Positions 1 through 12,405 are shown, counted from the whole stretch's first letter. The stretch is 63,659 nucleotides of DNA, filler included, from Octopus bimaculoides (GCF_001194135.2; 8 parts of 6 records of this genome joined end to end with filler, not necessarily neighbours in it); one strand, 5' to 3'. Notes: generated by a model not told the origin, from the sequence alone. A program made the numbers and translations.

Positions 1-1975
1 GACTACCCGTCTGATAAGGGTACACCAGGCACATGCATCACAACCAAATGTGTGCGACATGGTGATCTCATATCAAGATAAACAGCACATGACCTCGCAG
101 GTGGGGCCCAGTTAGAATTTTCTTCAGGTCGAGTACCCCATCCCGCTCAAAAGGTCCCCGAATAAGGGTTGTTTAAGAAGGCTGAACGAAACACTCATGT
201 ATCCAGAGGTGAATTATTCAAATCCCCCAAAATTCCTCTCAACACATGGCTATGATGCTCCCCACTATTTCTGCTCGTGATTAAAGATGCACATATCAGT
301 CACCAAAGGACATGCTCAACTGGTCAAGTCGAAACAACTGACAAGCAGATCTGTGGTATTGAGCAGAATATTTGCAGTAACCCATGTTTTATACCAAGAC
401 AAAACAATGTACACGATAACACTTCCAATCAGTTAAGATCAGTGCCTCTTATTAGCATTTCTTCTTTAAATTTCGTTCTCATTTCTTGAGGAATGTCTTT
501 CTAACATCCAGGATAAAGAAACTCACTGCATATATTGGCCGGCCATTAAAATAAACACACCAGATTGTTCATTTACAAAGTCATGTGATAGAAAAAAGGG
601 GAAAAAGAAAAAGAAAGATAAAAGGAAAAAAGATAAAAAGAAGATAGAAAAAAAAGAAAAAAAGATGAAAAATGAAAAAATTCACATCGACAATGCACTT
701 CTCAATACGTATGACGTACCAGTTAAAACAATCATTTGCAATTCTTGCACAGATGGTAAACTAGGGATCATTATTGAATAGTTTTCAGTTCCGTTTTTGA
801 TCATTCCAAGCGCTTCTACAACTACTGGTATTGTAACCGTCTTGAGATGCCACATTTTTTTTCGACTTCAATGAGCAAATCTTTATATTTTCTGAGCTCA
901 TCAAATTCTTTTGCTGAGATATTGTGATCACAAGGATTACCCATGTCGATCAATAGACAGTCTTTCACAATAGACAGTCTTTCACAATAGACAGTCTTTC
1001 ACAATAGACAGTCTTTCACAACAATATCCAGGTTATTAGCTTTGATGGTCCGGTTCGCATGTACTGGAAAAGCCCAAAGAACCGCTGCATTTTCTCCCTC
1101 ATTTGTCAGTAGTTTTGATTTTATAATACCGACATATTAACCAGTTTAGATATTGGCCAACTCTGTCATGTCTTGATTTATTTTCTGATGGTGCTAAAAC
1201 TTTATACCCAGCAATTAGGTGGTCCACTGTTTCAATATCATCATTGCAGAATAGGCATTTTGGGTCTACTCCATTTTTCATCACATTGGCTTGGTAGTTC
1301 CGGGTCAATAAGCTCTTCTCATATATCAGATAAGATGAAGACTTCACTCTCACTCTTTAGCCCTGAGCTCTATAGCCACATATGGGTGTGCTTCTGGTAT
1401 ACACCGGTTTGTTTGCTACAGGTCACATATTTGCTATGCAGGAGCTTCTGCTCCCAATCAGCCAATTGTTCATACGCTTTTTTCTCTGCTATTGATTTCA
1501 CCTACTTTGAAATAACAGTTTTCGCACTTCCATTATGCTGTTTATCTTGGGTATTATGCATGAACTGAATAGCAATTTTTTTGCTCTCCTCCTGATTTTC
1601 AATGAGTTTTAGCATTTAGTCGTTAGATGTTTCAAGATATTTGACCAGTCCAAGTGTGGTGGTTTTGTAAGAGATTTCAAATTGGATCAAGCCTCGACCT
1701 CCTTGGACTCTGGAAAGGTAAAGACGATCTGCGCCTGCCTTTGGTGGTGCCTCTTAATGCAAGTCAGCAGCTTACGAATTTTCCTTTCAATGTTCTTTAT
1801 TTCACTGATATTCCAGTTCAACACGTTGATGCTATAAATAACAATTGGAACTGCTAAGGCATTTATGGCTAACACCTTGCTATGTGCATTTAGCTCAGAT
1901 TTCAGGACTGCTCGAACTCTCCTGTAATATTCCCCACCGATCTCCTCTTTCATGCTTGTATGCTGAATATCAGAT
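1..1975 (-). mobile_element. R4/Dong-clade non-LTR retrotransposon, 5'-truncated and decayed (RT C-terminus, CCHC knuckle, REL endonuclease, long 3' UTR)
   Basis: Minus-strand translation gives MKEEIGGEYYRRVRAVLKSELNAHSKVLAINALAVP, CLFCNDDIETVDHLIAG...RHDRVGQYLNW (CCHC + RH), PDIVVKD..LIDM, and a C-terminus MWHLKTVTIPVVVEALGMIK...IVLTGTSYVLRSALSM* with TGA at 684-682. Several frameshifts and stops. 1-681 follows the stop directly and is read as 3' UTR. Confidence 0.9.
951..1018. repeat. 17-bp tandem repeat x4 (caatagacagtctttca) inside the Dong endonuclease region
   Basis: Four exact copies start at 951, 968, 985 and 1002. Confidence 0.97.
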
Positions 1976-2690
1976 CCTTTATTACTGTTGCTACATTTTC
2001 TGTCACTGCCAGATCTTTGAGCATAAACTTTCTTTGGCGCAAGTCATAGCCGTTGCGATCGCATTTACCAGACCACTTGTTTTGGCATTTATTCCGTTTC
2101 TTAGGGTTACTACATTCTCCTTCGTCATATTCTAGTCAGCTCGCACTAAAAATAATCTTACTTGGACGATTATCTCTCTCACCTCTCTTGTTATCTTTCT
2201 CCGGTTGCCGGTTATTAACATTATGCCTATGGTATGTGTGAGGTGGTGTAGATTTATCAGTGGACTTACTCGAACTAAAGCTACTCCGAAAACTCCTATG
2301 TTTATATTCATTTAACTTATCTTTCTGTTGATTGAGGGTATTTCCGTGTCCGTTGTTCCAACCATACCGCTCATGTTGTGATTAAAATTTCCTATTATAT
2401 TCTTTGCAACTAGTCCTGGAACTTTTTATTCTATTATTATGGTGGTTAGTAGAATAATAATACGCCCATTGTTTATCTTGGACCGAATCGCTATTTGGTC
2501 TTTGTAACCCGCTTCAGCTAGGGCTTAGTTGTAATATTGTTTAAAGATTTGCTCGTTTGCTGAAAGTTTAGAAATTTTAGTTGAGACCCTCTTTATTATA
2601 GAGTGTATAATACATTTTGGATGATTTGAGTTGTGGCTAACGTATTTAAGATTTTAATTTGACTTGTGAAATGGGTGATGCAGTCCAGTA
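1976..2690 (-). mobile_element. Penelope-like element fragment (RT C-terminal region and linker)
   Basis: Minus strand reads YVSHNSNHPKCIIHSIIKRVSTKISKLSANEQIFKQYYN*ALAEAGY, the SNHP...YN.AL..AGY segment typical of PLE RT. Confidence 0.75.
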
Positions 2691-2764
2691 TGCGTGTATG
2701 TATATACATAAATATATATGTATATGTTTGTATGTATGTATATATGTGTATATATTTATATGCT

Positions 2765-3107
2765 GGTACTGAGACCCCCTTCGGTCATGACTGACCATGG
2801 GATTGTACCTAGAAAGTTACTCACTCAGGCACAAGTCCAGGCACAGTTGTTTATGGAAGACCAGCAGTCGCCCATGCATACCGGCCTCCCCTTTCCACGC
2901 CACCAGTGTTATCCAAGGGAAAGGGAAAGGCAAAGGCCGATACAGCTTGGTACCTGTGACGTCGCAACTCATTTCTACAGCTGAGTGAACTGGAGCAACG
3001 TGAAATAAAGTGTCTTGCTCAAGAACACAACGCGCAGCCCGGTCCGGGATTCGAACGCACAACCTCACGATCGTAAGCTTGACACACTAACCACTGAGCC
3101 ATGCGCC
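2765..3107 (-). mobile_element. tRNA-derived SINE (family C)
   Basis: Minus-strand head GGCGCATGGCTCAGTGGTTAG...GTTCGAATCCCGG (A/B boxes), followed by CTTGAGCAAGACACTTTATTTCACGTTG, which is also present at 39645-39672. Confidence 0.85.
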
Positions 3108-4604
3108 TTCACGCATATATTTATATATATATGTATATGTATATATGTATATGTATATATGTATATGCATATATATTTATATATATATACATACACATAT
3201 ACATATGCACATACATATGTACATGTATATATGTGTGTATATATGTACAGAGTAAGTGTGTTAGAGTATTTAACCCTGGTGTTTACCATATGATGCCCTT
3301 TCACAGAAATCAGCTATCAGAAAAATTTAAAGTTGGTAGCTTTTTCATTCTACCACTAAAATTATCTGACAGCCCACAAGCATCCATTTCTAATGATGAA
3401 TGTCAAAGAACGGAGTTGGCAAATCATTTTAATGCTTCGTGTACATTCGTTTTATCATTATTTAATATAATCAACCATTCCGATAACTATTGATTAATTT
3501 TTATATGCTGTATAGGATTTCTTTTAAAAATATGTTGAACATGATTCTTCAGAATCCCGTAAAAAATAATATGACAAGTGATTCTGAAATCTTCTAAATA
3601 AGTACACATAAAGATAGGTAAGTCGATAGGTTTTAGGTTCGCTATATAGATTGTTTGTTACTTAGTTGATTATGCAGATAGGTAGATAGGCAGGCAGGAA
3701 GATAGGCAAGCAAATAAATAAGTAGATAAGTAGGTAAGTAGGTGGGCGTGTAGATAAATAGGTAGATAGGTACGTAGTTACGTAGGTAGGTACATAGACA
3801 GTACGGACAGACACGCTCATACACACACGCAGTATCACATACACAAGCACAAGGAGATAGAAACAAATGACCATACACTCACACACTCCGCATACACATG
3901 CATACGCAACATGCGCACGTGCATACACACACAAACTCATACGCATAGACACTCTCAAGCACGAGCAAGGAAGCAGAAGTACACACACGAACACACACAC
4001 ATACACAGACACGCACACATACATACATACGAAAGCACACGCGCACAGCAGCACACACACACACACACACACACACATACATGCAACAAGGTTTCAAGCA
4101 GACAAACGCGGCCTCCGTAACGAGCTAAGACGAAAGTCATTGAAAAGGTTGCAAGTAGCAAAGGAAGAGCATTGGCAAACAAAAACAAAACAAATGATTT
4201 ATTGTTTAACCAAATTAAACAAACAACTGATGAGACAAATAATAAAGGAGTGGAATTGAACCAGTACGTGTGTTAATAATATTGACATAATGACTCACCC
4301 AAGACTCAGCAAAATTTAATGTATTTATGCATAAATGCCCTTATTTCATAGTATTCACACAGACTTATAAAAGGATTCTGGCCAACGTCTCTTGTCGCCA
4401 GCCGCAATAGGGAAGTCAATGGTAAATATCATTGAGTTAGTTTGATTTGGTCTCATTGAAGCGGTACTTCTGTTATTTTGTCAAACTGTGAGAAGGGCGA
4501 ATGTGGAGATAACCGTCGCTGTTAAATTGCCTATAAATAGTCTCATCTTAATTACTCTATCGCACATCCTGGTTATCTCAATAACTTTCTCAGCTAACAG
4601 AATG

Positions 4605-4815
4605 TCTACAATGCGCGACCCCACACTGCAAAGATCACATCACAGAAGATCGAAGAGCTTGGTTGGGAAAAAATTCTTCATCCACCTTATTTTCCCGACC
4701 TTACTCCTTCAGACTACCATTTGTTTCGTTGTTTACAGAATCATTTGGGGGACATAACTTTTGCAAGCCAGGAGGAGGTCGAAACTGACATTTCAGTGTT
4801 CTTCGCTTTGAAACA
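4605..4815 (+). mobile_element. mariner (DD34D-type) transposase C-terminal fragment, frameshifted
   Basis: NARPHTAKITSQKIEELGWEKILHPPY/(frameshift)DLTPSDYHLFRCLQNHLGDITFASQEEVETDISVFFALK matches the mariner YSPDLAPSDYHLF motif. Confidence 0.88.
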
Positions 4816-6138
4816 AGAAGAAAGTCGACACAGGTGGACCCAAACTGACGTGGGATAGTACACTTGATTTACACTCATGAACAATGCAGAGGGAGAACAA
4901 AATATGGAAAATAAATTTAACGAACTATAAACTCTCATGAGAGGAAATCATAGATAAAAACAAAATGGTGCCCTATCTTAGCATGATTTTGTCTGCTTAT
5001 AATAAAGTGTTTCTCTGATACGAGTGAGATCATAGAATTGTATATACAGTAATGCACTGTAGGAAGGAAGTCGATAGAGAAGGATCTAAAATGACAGGAG
5101 TTCGTACACTTGATTCAAATGTGTTAGCGAGAGCAAAAATTTGCAAGGGAAATTTCGCGAGCTACAAACATTCAAAAAAGGAAAATAATTTTATTAATAA
5201 AGGAAAATATAGACATAGTGGGGAAGGAAAAATAGAGGCAGCTTTTCCAACTTTGACAAGGAGTGGGTGAATGTATGTGACAGAACTGAGTATAGCGAAT
5301 AATCGAAGATTTATGCTTTGTCATATTAAACATGTTTTTGACTGTTTATCGCAAATTGGATCTCTGATAGGAGTAAAGTCATAAAACTTGGAGAAATACA
5401 TTAAAAAAAAACAAAAAAAAAACAGTACAGGAAGGAAGTCGACAAAGAGACGCTTATAAATGACTGAAAGATGAGTACACTTAATTTAGACTCGTGAGTG
5501 GTGCTGAAAAAGAGAAAAAGATATAGAAGGAACGATGCTGGAAGAGAAAAATATTAGAAAGGAATATTTAACGAACGGCAAAATTTGCTGAAAAAAATAT
5601 TAAAAGAAAATATGGACATACCGAAGAATGAAAATATTGTGTAGCTTTAACGTCGTAAAACGAAGTAAGTCATGTGACAGAATTAATGATCGGCGTCTTA
5701 TCATAGGATAGTTTCGTCCATTTATCGAGAATTGGTTCTTTGATTAAAGTTCACTTTAGGGTTGTAGAAATAGATAAAGTGGAACACGACGGAAGGGAAA
5801 TCGATAGCGAGAAACCTGCAAGTGACAAGCATGACTGTTGTTGCAGAAGGAAAAAGGTATGTAAGGAAGATTTGGAGAGCTACAAATGTTCATTAGAGGG
5901 AAAACATACACTATTTAAAAATTACATTATATATTGAGGAGGAAAAAAATGAACAGCTTTAACAATCTAGAATAGACTGGTGAGAATTAAAAACAAGAAA
6001 AAACAGAAATGTGTACCTTATCATTGCATGTTTTTACCCGTTCATCGTAAAAGGCTTCTGTGATAGAAGTGAAGTCATAGAATTGTGGAAATATATAAAG
6101 AAAAGCACGAGAGAAAGGAAGTCGACACTGAGGGACCC
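4815..6138. repeat. Degenerate tandem array with ~250-370 bp period (5 recognisable units)
   Basis: Motif AGGAAGGAAGTCGA-like recurs at ~4815, 5061, 5429, 5791 and 6113. The first three are followed by GTACACTT(G/A)ATT. A TGATA..AGT.A..TCATA segment recurs at ~5015, 5365 and 6060. Confidence 0.6.
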
Positions 6139-7097
6139 NNNNNNNNNNNNNNNNNNNNNNNNNNNNNNNNNNNNNNNNNNNNNNNNNNNNNNNNNNNNNN
6201 NNNNNNNNNNNNNNNNNNNNNNNNNNNNNNNNNNNNNNNNNNNNNNNNNNNNNNNNNNNNNNNNNNNNNNNNNNNNNNNNNNNNNNNNNNNNNNNNNNNN
6301 NNNNNNNNNNNNNNNNNNNNNNNNNNNNNNNNNNNNNNNNNNNNNNNNNNNNNNNNNNNNNNNNNNNNNNNNNNNNNNNNNNNNNNNNNNNNNNNNNNNN
6401 NNNNNNNNNNNNNNNNNNNNNNNNNNNNNNNNNNNNNNNNNNNNNNNNNNNNNNNNNNNNNNNNNNNNNNNNNNNNNNNNNNNNNNNNNNNNNNNNNNNN
6501 NNNNNNNNNNNNNNNNNNNNNNNNNNNNNNNNNNNNNNNNNNNNNNNNNNNNNNNNNNNNNNNNNNNNNNNNNNNNNNNNNNNNNNNNNNNNNNNNNNNN
6601 NNNNNNNNNNNNNNNNNNNNNNNNNNNNNNNNNNNNNNNNNNNNNNNNNNNNNNNNNNNNNNNNNNNNNNNNNNNNNNNNNNNNNNNNNNNNNNNNNNNN
6701 NNNNNNNNNNNNNNNNNNNNNNNNNNNNNNNNNNNNNNNNNNNNNNNNNNNNNNNNNNNNNNNNNNNNNNNNNNNNNNNNNNNNNNNNNNNNNNNNNNNN
6801 NNNNNNNNNNNNNNNNNNNNNNNNNNNNNNNNNNNNNNNNNNNNNNNNNNNNNNNNNNNNNNNNNNNNNNNNNNNNNNNNNNNNNNNNNNNNNNNNNNNN
6901 NNNNNNNNNNNNNNNNNNNNNNNNNNNNNNNNNNNNNNNNNNNNNNNNNNNNNNNNNNNNNNNNNNNNNNNNNNNNNNNNNNNNNNNNNNNNNNNNNNNN
7001 NNNNNNNNNNNNNNNNNNNNNNNNNNNNNNNNNNNNNNNNNNNNNNNNNNNNNNNNNNNNNNNNNNNNNNNNNNNNNNNNNNNNNNNNNNNNNNNNA

Positions 7098-8053
7098 CAG
7101 CCAAAAGCCCTACCATACGATATCCACACACAACCCCCTTAACAATGAAGCCTTCGACACCATCCTGCAGAACATTCCTCTACTAAAATGGGACCACAGA
7201 ATGAATCAAATCCTCCAAACGCACATCATCATAAAGAGCAAAAGACAACCCAACTCAACGAAAAGTCTTCTAACACAAGCCCAAGTACACTCGTCAACAA
7301 CATTGAAACCGTCAGTAGAAAAATGCGGAAGACGTAACTGTGGTATATGCGCCAACCTGATTGAGGGGCTGGAGTTCTCCCTCAAACAGGGTCAACGTTT
7401 TACAGTGAAAAACAACTTCACACGTGCTTCGGAAAACCTAATATATGTGCTAACTTGCTCAGGGTGTCGAGAACAATACATAGGCCAAACCAAAAACAGT
7501 TTACTCTAGAGGATGACCCTGCATAGATCCCATATTAAAATTCGAGAATACAGAAAAATAGCATTAAGGGAATACATCGACATTTGCGCTACTAACGAAC
7601 AACCCAGATTCAAAATTTTTCCCCTCTTTAAATTCAGGGACAATGCAACCTATAGTCAACGCATTAGCAAAGAATCATATTTTATCGCAAAATATAAACT
7701 CCTTCTGAATGCTTCTGCCACAAATAATACCCACGCAAATATTAAAAACGATATATTTAGAATAGTCACCACCCATGAATTTATTCAGAACAATTCCAAT
7801 CACTACTGCTACAACCACAATAGGTCACTTGACCATTGAGGCTCTTGAACAGTCTACTACTGTCATACCACTCCCGTATTTTTCTTCTTCTCTTCTCTAC
7901 CTACTCATTCTTCTTTTTCTTCGTCTTCTTCTTCTCCGTCGTCTCCTTTCTCGGCTGCTGCTGCTACTTAAACATTCAAAATCCAGAGCCAACATCCCTT
8001 TTTCTTCAGATCTGCTACTACCTACCAGAGCCTTCACAAAAATAAAAAGAGAA

Positions 8054-8110
<57 letters not shown>

Positions 8111-8298
8111 AGACGAAAATGTCTTACCCATTTCAAGACTATAGAAATATTTAAAAAAAAACACTTCATTTAATTTTTTCACAATTTAATTATTTTTCTT
8201 ACTTTATGCTAAGTTGAAAAAGTTGAAAAGACTGAAACCGGTACTAAAATGTTCTTCATGATAAAATCATTTTAGCATTTTCTACCTTGTCTTATATA
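7098..8298 (+). mobile_element. Penelope-like element 3' part: GIY-YIG endonuclease plus 3' UTR/pLTR
   Basis: KCGRRNCGICANL...NLIYVLTCSGCREQYIGQTKNSLL*RMTLHRSHI (CxxxxCxxC, IY..YIG). One in-frame TAG at 7507-7509. The 3' end has GAAACCGGTA, a hammerhead-like half. Confidence 0.92.
8221..8246 (+). ncRNA. Degenerate hammerhead-like motif at the PLE 3' end
   Basis: GAA-ACCGGT-A gives a palindromic stem III and a GUA site. The upstream core reads TTGAAAA rather than CUGANGA. Confidence 0.35.
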
Positions 8299-8859
8299 NN
8301 NNNNNNNNNNNNNNNNNNNNNNNNNNNNNNNNNNNNNNNNNNNNNNNNNNNNNNNNNNNNNNNNNNNNNNNNNNNNNNNNNNNNNNNNNNNNNNNNNNNN
8401 NNNNNNNNNNNNNNNNNNNNNNNNATATAAATAGGCTTATAATCGAAGCCATGTCCTCTTGAAGCACATTTTCTTATTCCAGTACTCCAAAATTGAATCT
8501 AGATGCTATAATTGAGTGAGGTATGTATAATAGTAGAAAAGCACAGGAAAATATTTTTGCAGAGTAATTACATATCAAAACAGGAGATTAGAAAAAAATA
8601 TTTTGGATTATTTATTCAGCATTACACGTGTTTCATTTGCTAATAGGAGTCGAAAATTGTATGTGTATGAGAAACTTGTTAGATATCTCCTATTAGAAAT
8701 TATTCTGATAGAGAATCAAATAACACAAAATCTATATTTGGATGAAGCTTAATAATCTATGTCAATAGTGAAAGCCATATACAGTAACTTTGTCCCAAAA
8801 AGAAGAGCCAATACACACAAAAATATAATTCTCCGAGACAAGAGATTCCATATGAGTTA

Positions 8860-9790
8860 CAGAATAAAGACTGCAAACCACTTAAACAACTTAACGACAG
8901 TGAGAAATCTCACCTCAAAGGGGCACTTTTAGAGATCAAAAATATACTCAGACTCTCCCTTGAAAAAGAAAGAATAGAAAAAGAAACCAGGGTGGATGAA
9001 AATATACAAATGAACCCTAAAGCCTTCTACAAATTTGTGAAAGAATCTGCCTCAGTGCACTACAAGATAGGACCATTTATTTGAAGAGAATGGCTCGCTG
9101 ATTGCAGACACCAGGACTATAAGTGAAATACTAAAGAAACAATTCCAAAGTGCTTTCATTTCCCCACTGGGAGACGTGCAAATAAGCCAGCCCAATGAGT
9201 TCTTCAACAGCGCATATCCACAGAAAGAGGAGGCAACCATCGATTACATCGATATAAAGGAGAAAGATGTAATATCGGCCTTTGATGAGATGACCACGAA
9301 TTTAGCGACGGATTTTTTGCTTTTCTTTTATAGACATGCAAGAAAGTTCTCGCAAAACCACTTGAAATACTTTCCAGAGTATCTTCCCAAAATGCAAAAA
9401 GAAGATACATTCCCTGGAAGAAACAGAGCAGACGTTAAAAATTACAGGCCTATCTCCTTGACTTCACATGTTAACAAAGTCTTGGAATGCAAAGTCTAAA
9501 TAAGACTGATCACGTAGAATATAACTTGTTCGTCAACACAACTTGGCTTCTGTCCTCAAGGGAGTTGCTTCACATAGCTACTAGAGTGTTTTGATAGAGT
9601 ACTGAAAAAAAAAAAAAGCCCAATAACTTAAATGTGATATATCTCAGCTTTTCCAAGGCCTTCGACAAAGTTGATCATAGGATATATCAGAAAAAATTGT
9701 GTGATAGATATATCATCGGAAAGCTAGTGTCTGCATGACTTCTCTCCATGCAGAGACGTCAATACTAAACGGAAACCCTCAAGGAATTGT
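8860..9790 (+). mobile_element. CR1-like LINE fragment (RT N-terminal half), decayed
   Basis: NPKAFYKFVKE...ISEILKKQFQSAF, KNYRPISLTSHVNKVLE, QLGF, IYLSFSKAFDKVDH (RT domains 1-3), with frameshifts. Confidence 0.9.
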
Positions 9791-10334
9791 ACAGGGACAA
9801 CAATTGTTTGTATAATAATAATAATAANNNNNNNNNNNNNNNNNNNNNNNNNNNNNNNNNNNNNNNNNNNNNNNNNNNNNNNNNNNNNNNNNNNNNNNNN
9901 NNNNNNNNNNNNNNNNNNNNNNNNNNNNNNNNNNNNNNNNNNNNNNNNNNNNNNNNNNNNNNNNNNNNNNNNNNNNNNNNNNNNNNNNNNNNNNNNNNNN
10001 NNNNNNNNNNNNNNNNNNNNNNNNNNNNNNNNNNNNNNNNNNNNNNNNNNNNNNNNNNNNNNNNNNNNNNNNNNNNNNNNNNNNNNNNNNNNNNNNNNNN
10101 NNNNNNNNNNNNNNNNNNNNNNNNNNNNNNNNNNNNNNNNNNNNNNNNNNNNNNNNNNNNNNNNNNNNNNNNNNNNNNNNNNNNNNNNNNNNNNNNNNNN
10201 NNNNNNNNNNNNNNNNNNNNNNNNNNNNNNNNNNNNNNNNNNNNNNNNNNNNNNNNNNNNNNNNNNNNNNNNNNNNNNNNNNNNNNNNNNNNNNNNNNNN
10301 NNNNNNNNNNNNNNNNNNNNATATATATATATAT

Positions 10335-11585
10335 AATCAATCAAAATAAGCAACAGGATATCAAGTAGTAATGCAGCACGACCGTTTCAAGCAGTTCCAT
10401 TTAATTGAACAATGCAATCATTCCATCAATTTAAATGCCCTGCTATCTTCAGCTGCACAAATAAATAAATAGAATTTTAACAAATAGGACACATTAATAT
10501 AATTTTTCTTAAATATTTTAACAGAGTCAGAAGATGGAAGAAATTCACTTTGTCACTATTGTAGCTAAGAATAGACTACAACTTCTAAGAATCGCATGGA
10601 GCATAGTGAGGTCATAGGGTTGTAAGGGTTGTAATTCATTTCTAATTCATTTATCTCTTCAACTTCTAAACCTGAGACTAGAAGACTGTCTATTTTGAAT
10701 AAAGGACGAGAGTGAGTTGACAACTAATGACTAGGTGTGGTCATAGATATTATCATATGTATCCCTTTTCTCCAGAGAGGAAATAAGACATTAGGAGTAG
10801 TCAGCTGGATAAAAGTAACTGTTTATAAAAAGAGTCAGGGTAGGGGTAGACTTTAAATCATGCTGTTAATTACCAGTTAAAGGGCAAGACACCAAGAAAA
10901 CTAAGATGTTAATACAGAAAAAAATTTACTTAGGGGCACTATGGAGGAATGTTTATAAGCAATATTGTTATGTTGTATAAAAATAAAATTTAAGAATTCC
11001 AAATATCATATCATAACAAAAATAGGCAAAAAGTGTGTATATATCAATTATAAACATTAAAAAGGAAGATTCCATAAAATCAGTTTAATATATATCCATG
11101 TGTTTAATTAAATAACAATTTATAAGGGGTAAGAGTTTAATAAGTAAGGATATCAAAATAAGAAAACAAAATAATGAGAATTTATAGAAAATAAGAAATA
11201 CATATAACCTACATATAAAGAGACAGGGGATTAAAATTAGAGACAGCGAAAAGATAAATGTAACTTGAAAAGAGCGGGTAATAGGTATGGAAGTAGTGAG
11301 GGCAGTTAAAGGAGACTTACATAAAGTCACTACAAGTATACATAATATGATCAGTAGGGTAGAGCATCATAGAAAAGAAAATAGTGTAATCACCAAAATA
11401 GGACGAAGTCTGACTAACTAGGCAGAGATTATCATGGGATAATATTACATATAGCACACCACATACCACAACACTTGATATCCTGTTGCTTATTTTGATT
11501 TTATTCACCTTATTGCAGATAAGACCGGACTGACTTGGTGTTTCAACTTAAGTACCTAATTCAACTGAAACTTAATTATTTCTTT
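10335..11585 (-). mobile_element. Probable PLE 3' UTR/pLTR remnant with an inverted copy of its terminus
   Basis: The minus strand is pyrimidine-rich and ends in a hammerhead fold (10458-10371), then ACTTGATATCCTGTTGCTTATTTTGATT and (TA)n. The same 28 nt recur inverted at 11473-11500. No protein homology recognised. Confidence 0.55.
10371..10458 (-). ncRNA. Type I hammerhead ribozyme fold with extended stem II (this copy probably defective)
   Basis: GTGCAG-CTGAAGA-TAGCAG-GG-CATTTAAATTGA-loop-TCAATTAAATG-GAA-CTGCTT-GAA-ACG-GT-CGT-G-CTGCAT. Stems I, II and III all pair. Position 17 is G and the stem II closing pair is U.U. Confidence 0.7.
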
Positions 11586-11594
11586 TATATATAT

Positions 11595-12366
11595 ACTAGC
11601 AGCTAAACCCGGTTCCACCCGGTCTGTTTGGATGATGTGGCTGTGATTGTTTTCGGTTAGGCATAATCTATAACAGCGTTTCTCAACCTGATCATTTCGT
11701 GTCTCGTTTCGATTGGAGCCTCCAGCTGTATGAAGATTTCACCCCCTCCTGTCAGAAAATGGCTTCAGGAGTTGTGAAGAAAGAATTTGTACGTAGTCTG
11801 TTTGTGAGAGCTATTCTATTGGATGTCTGTCTAATCATTAAAAGATTTATTTAATTATGAACATAGAAAGAAATTATACATTAATCGCAATTTTTGTAAG
11901 CAGTTTTATCCGTAAAACTTTTATTTACATAGAGCGGAAATTNNNNNNNNNNNNNNNNNNNNNNNNNNNNNNNNNNNNNNNNNNNNNNNNNNNNNNNNNN
12001 NNNNNNNNNNNNNNNNNNNNNNNNNNNNNNNNNNNNNNNNNNNNNNNNNNNNNNNNNNNNNNNNNNNNNNNNNNNNNNNNNNNNNNNNNNNNNNNNNNNN
12101 NNNNNNNNNNNNNNNNNNNNNNNNNNNNNNNNNNNNNNNNNNNNNNNNNNNNNNNNNNNNNNNNNNNNNNNNNNNNNNNNNNNNNNNNNNNNNNNNNNNN
12201 NNNNNNNNNNNNNNNNNNNNNNNNNNNNNNNNNNNNNNNNNNNNNNNNNNNNNNNNNNNNNNNNNNNNNNNNNNNNNNNATGTACGTGTGTATGTCTGTG
12301 TGTGTGTGAGTGTGTATGTTTGATGGGGTGTGCGCGACAGAGAGAGTAATGTTGATGGTGTATATG

Positions 12367-12405
<39 letters not shown>

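Noticed and set aside
951-1018. 17-bp direct repeats (and the 19-bp repeats at 36068) as CRISPR arrays
   Set aside because: The units are head-to-tail with no spacers, there are no cas genes, and the context is eukaryotic.
5700-5735. Hammerhead in the 350-bp array (TCGATAA...GACGAAAC on the minus strand)
   Set aside because: The core has three mismatches, stems II and III do not pair, and it is not conserved in the other units.
10540-11500. Mitochondrial insertion (NUMT), suggested by hydrophobic minus-strand translations
   Set aside because: The frames I translated still contain TAA/TAG stops under a mitochondrial code and show no recognisable respiratory-chain motif. The terminal hammerhead points to a PLE UTR.
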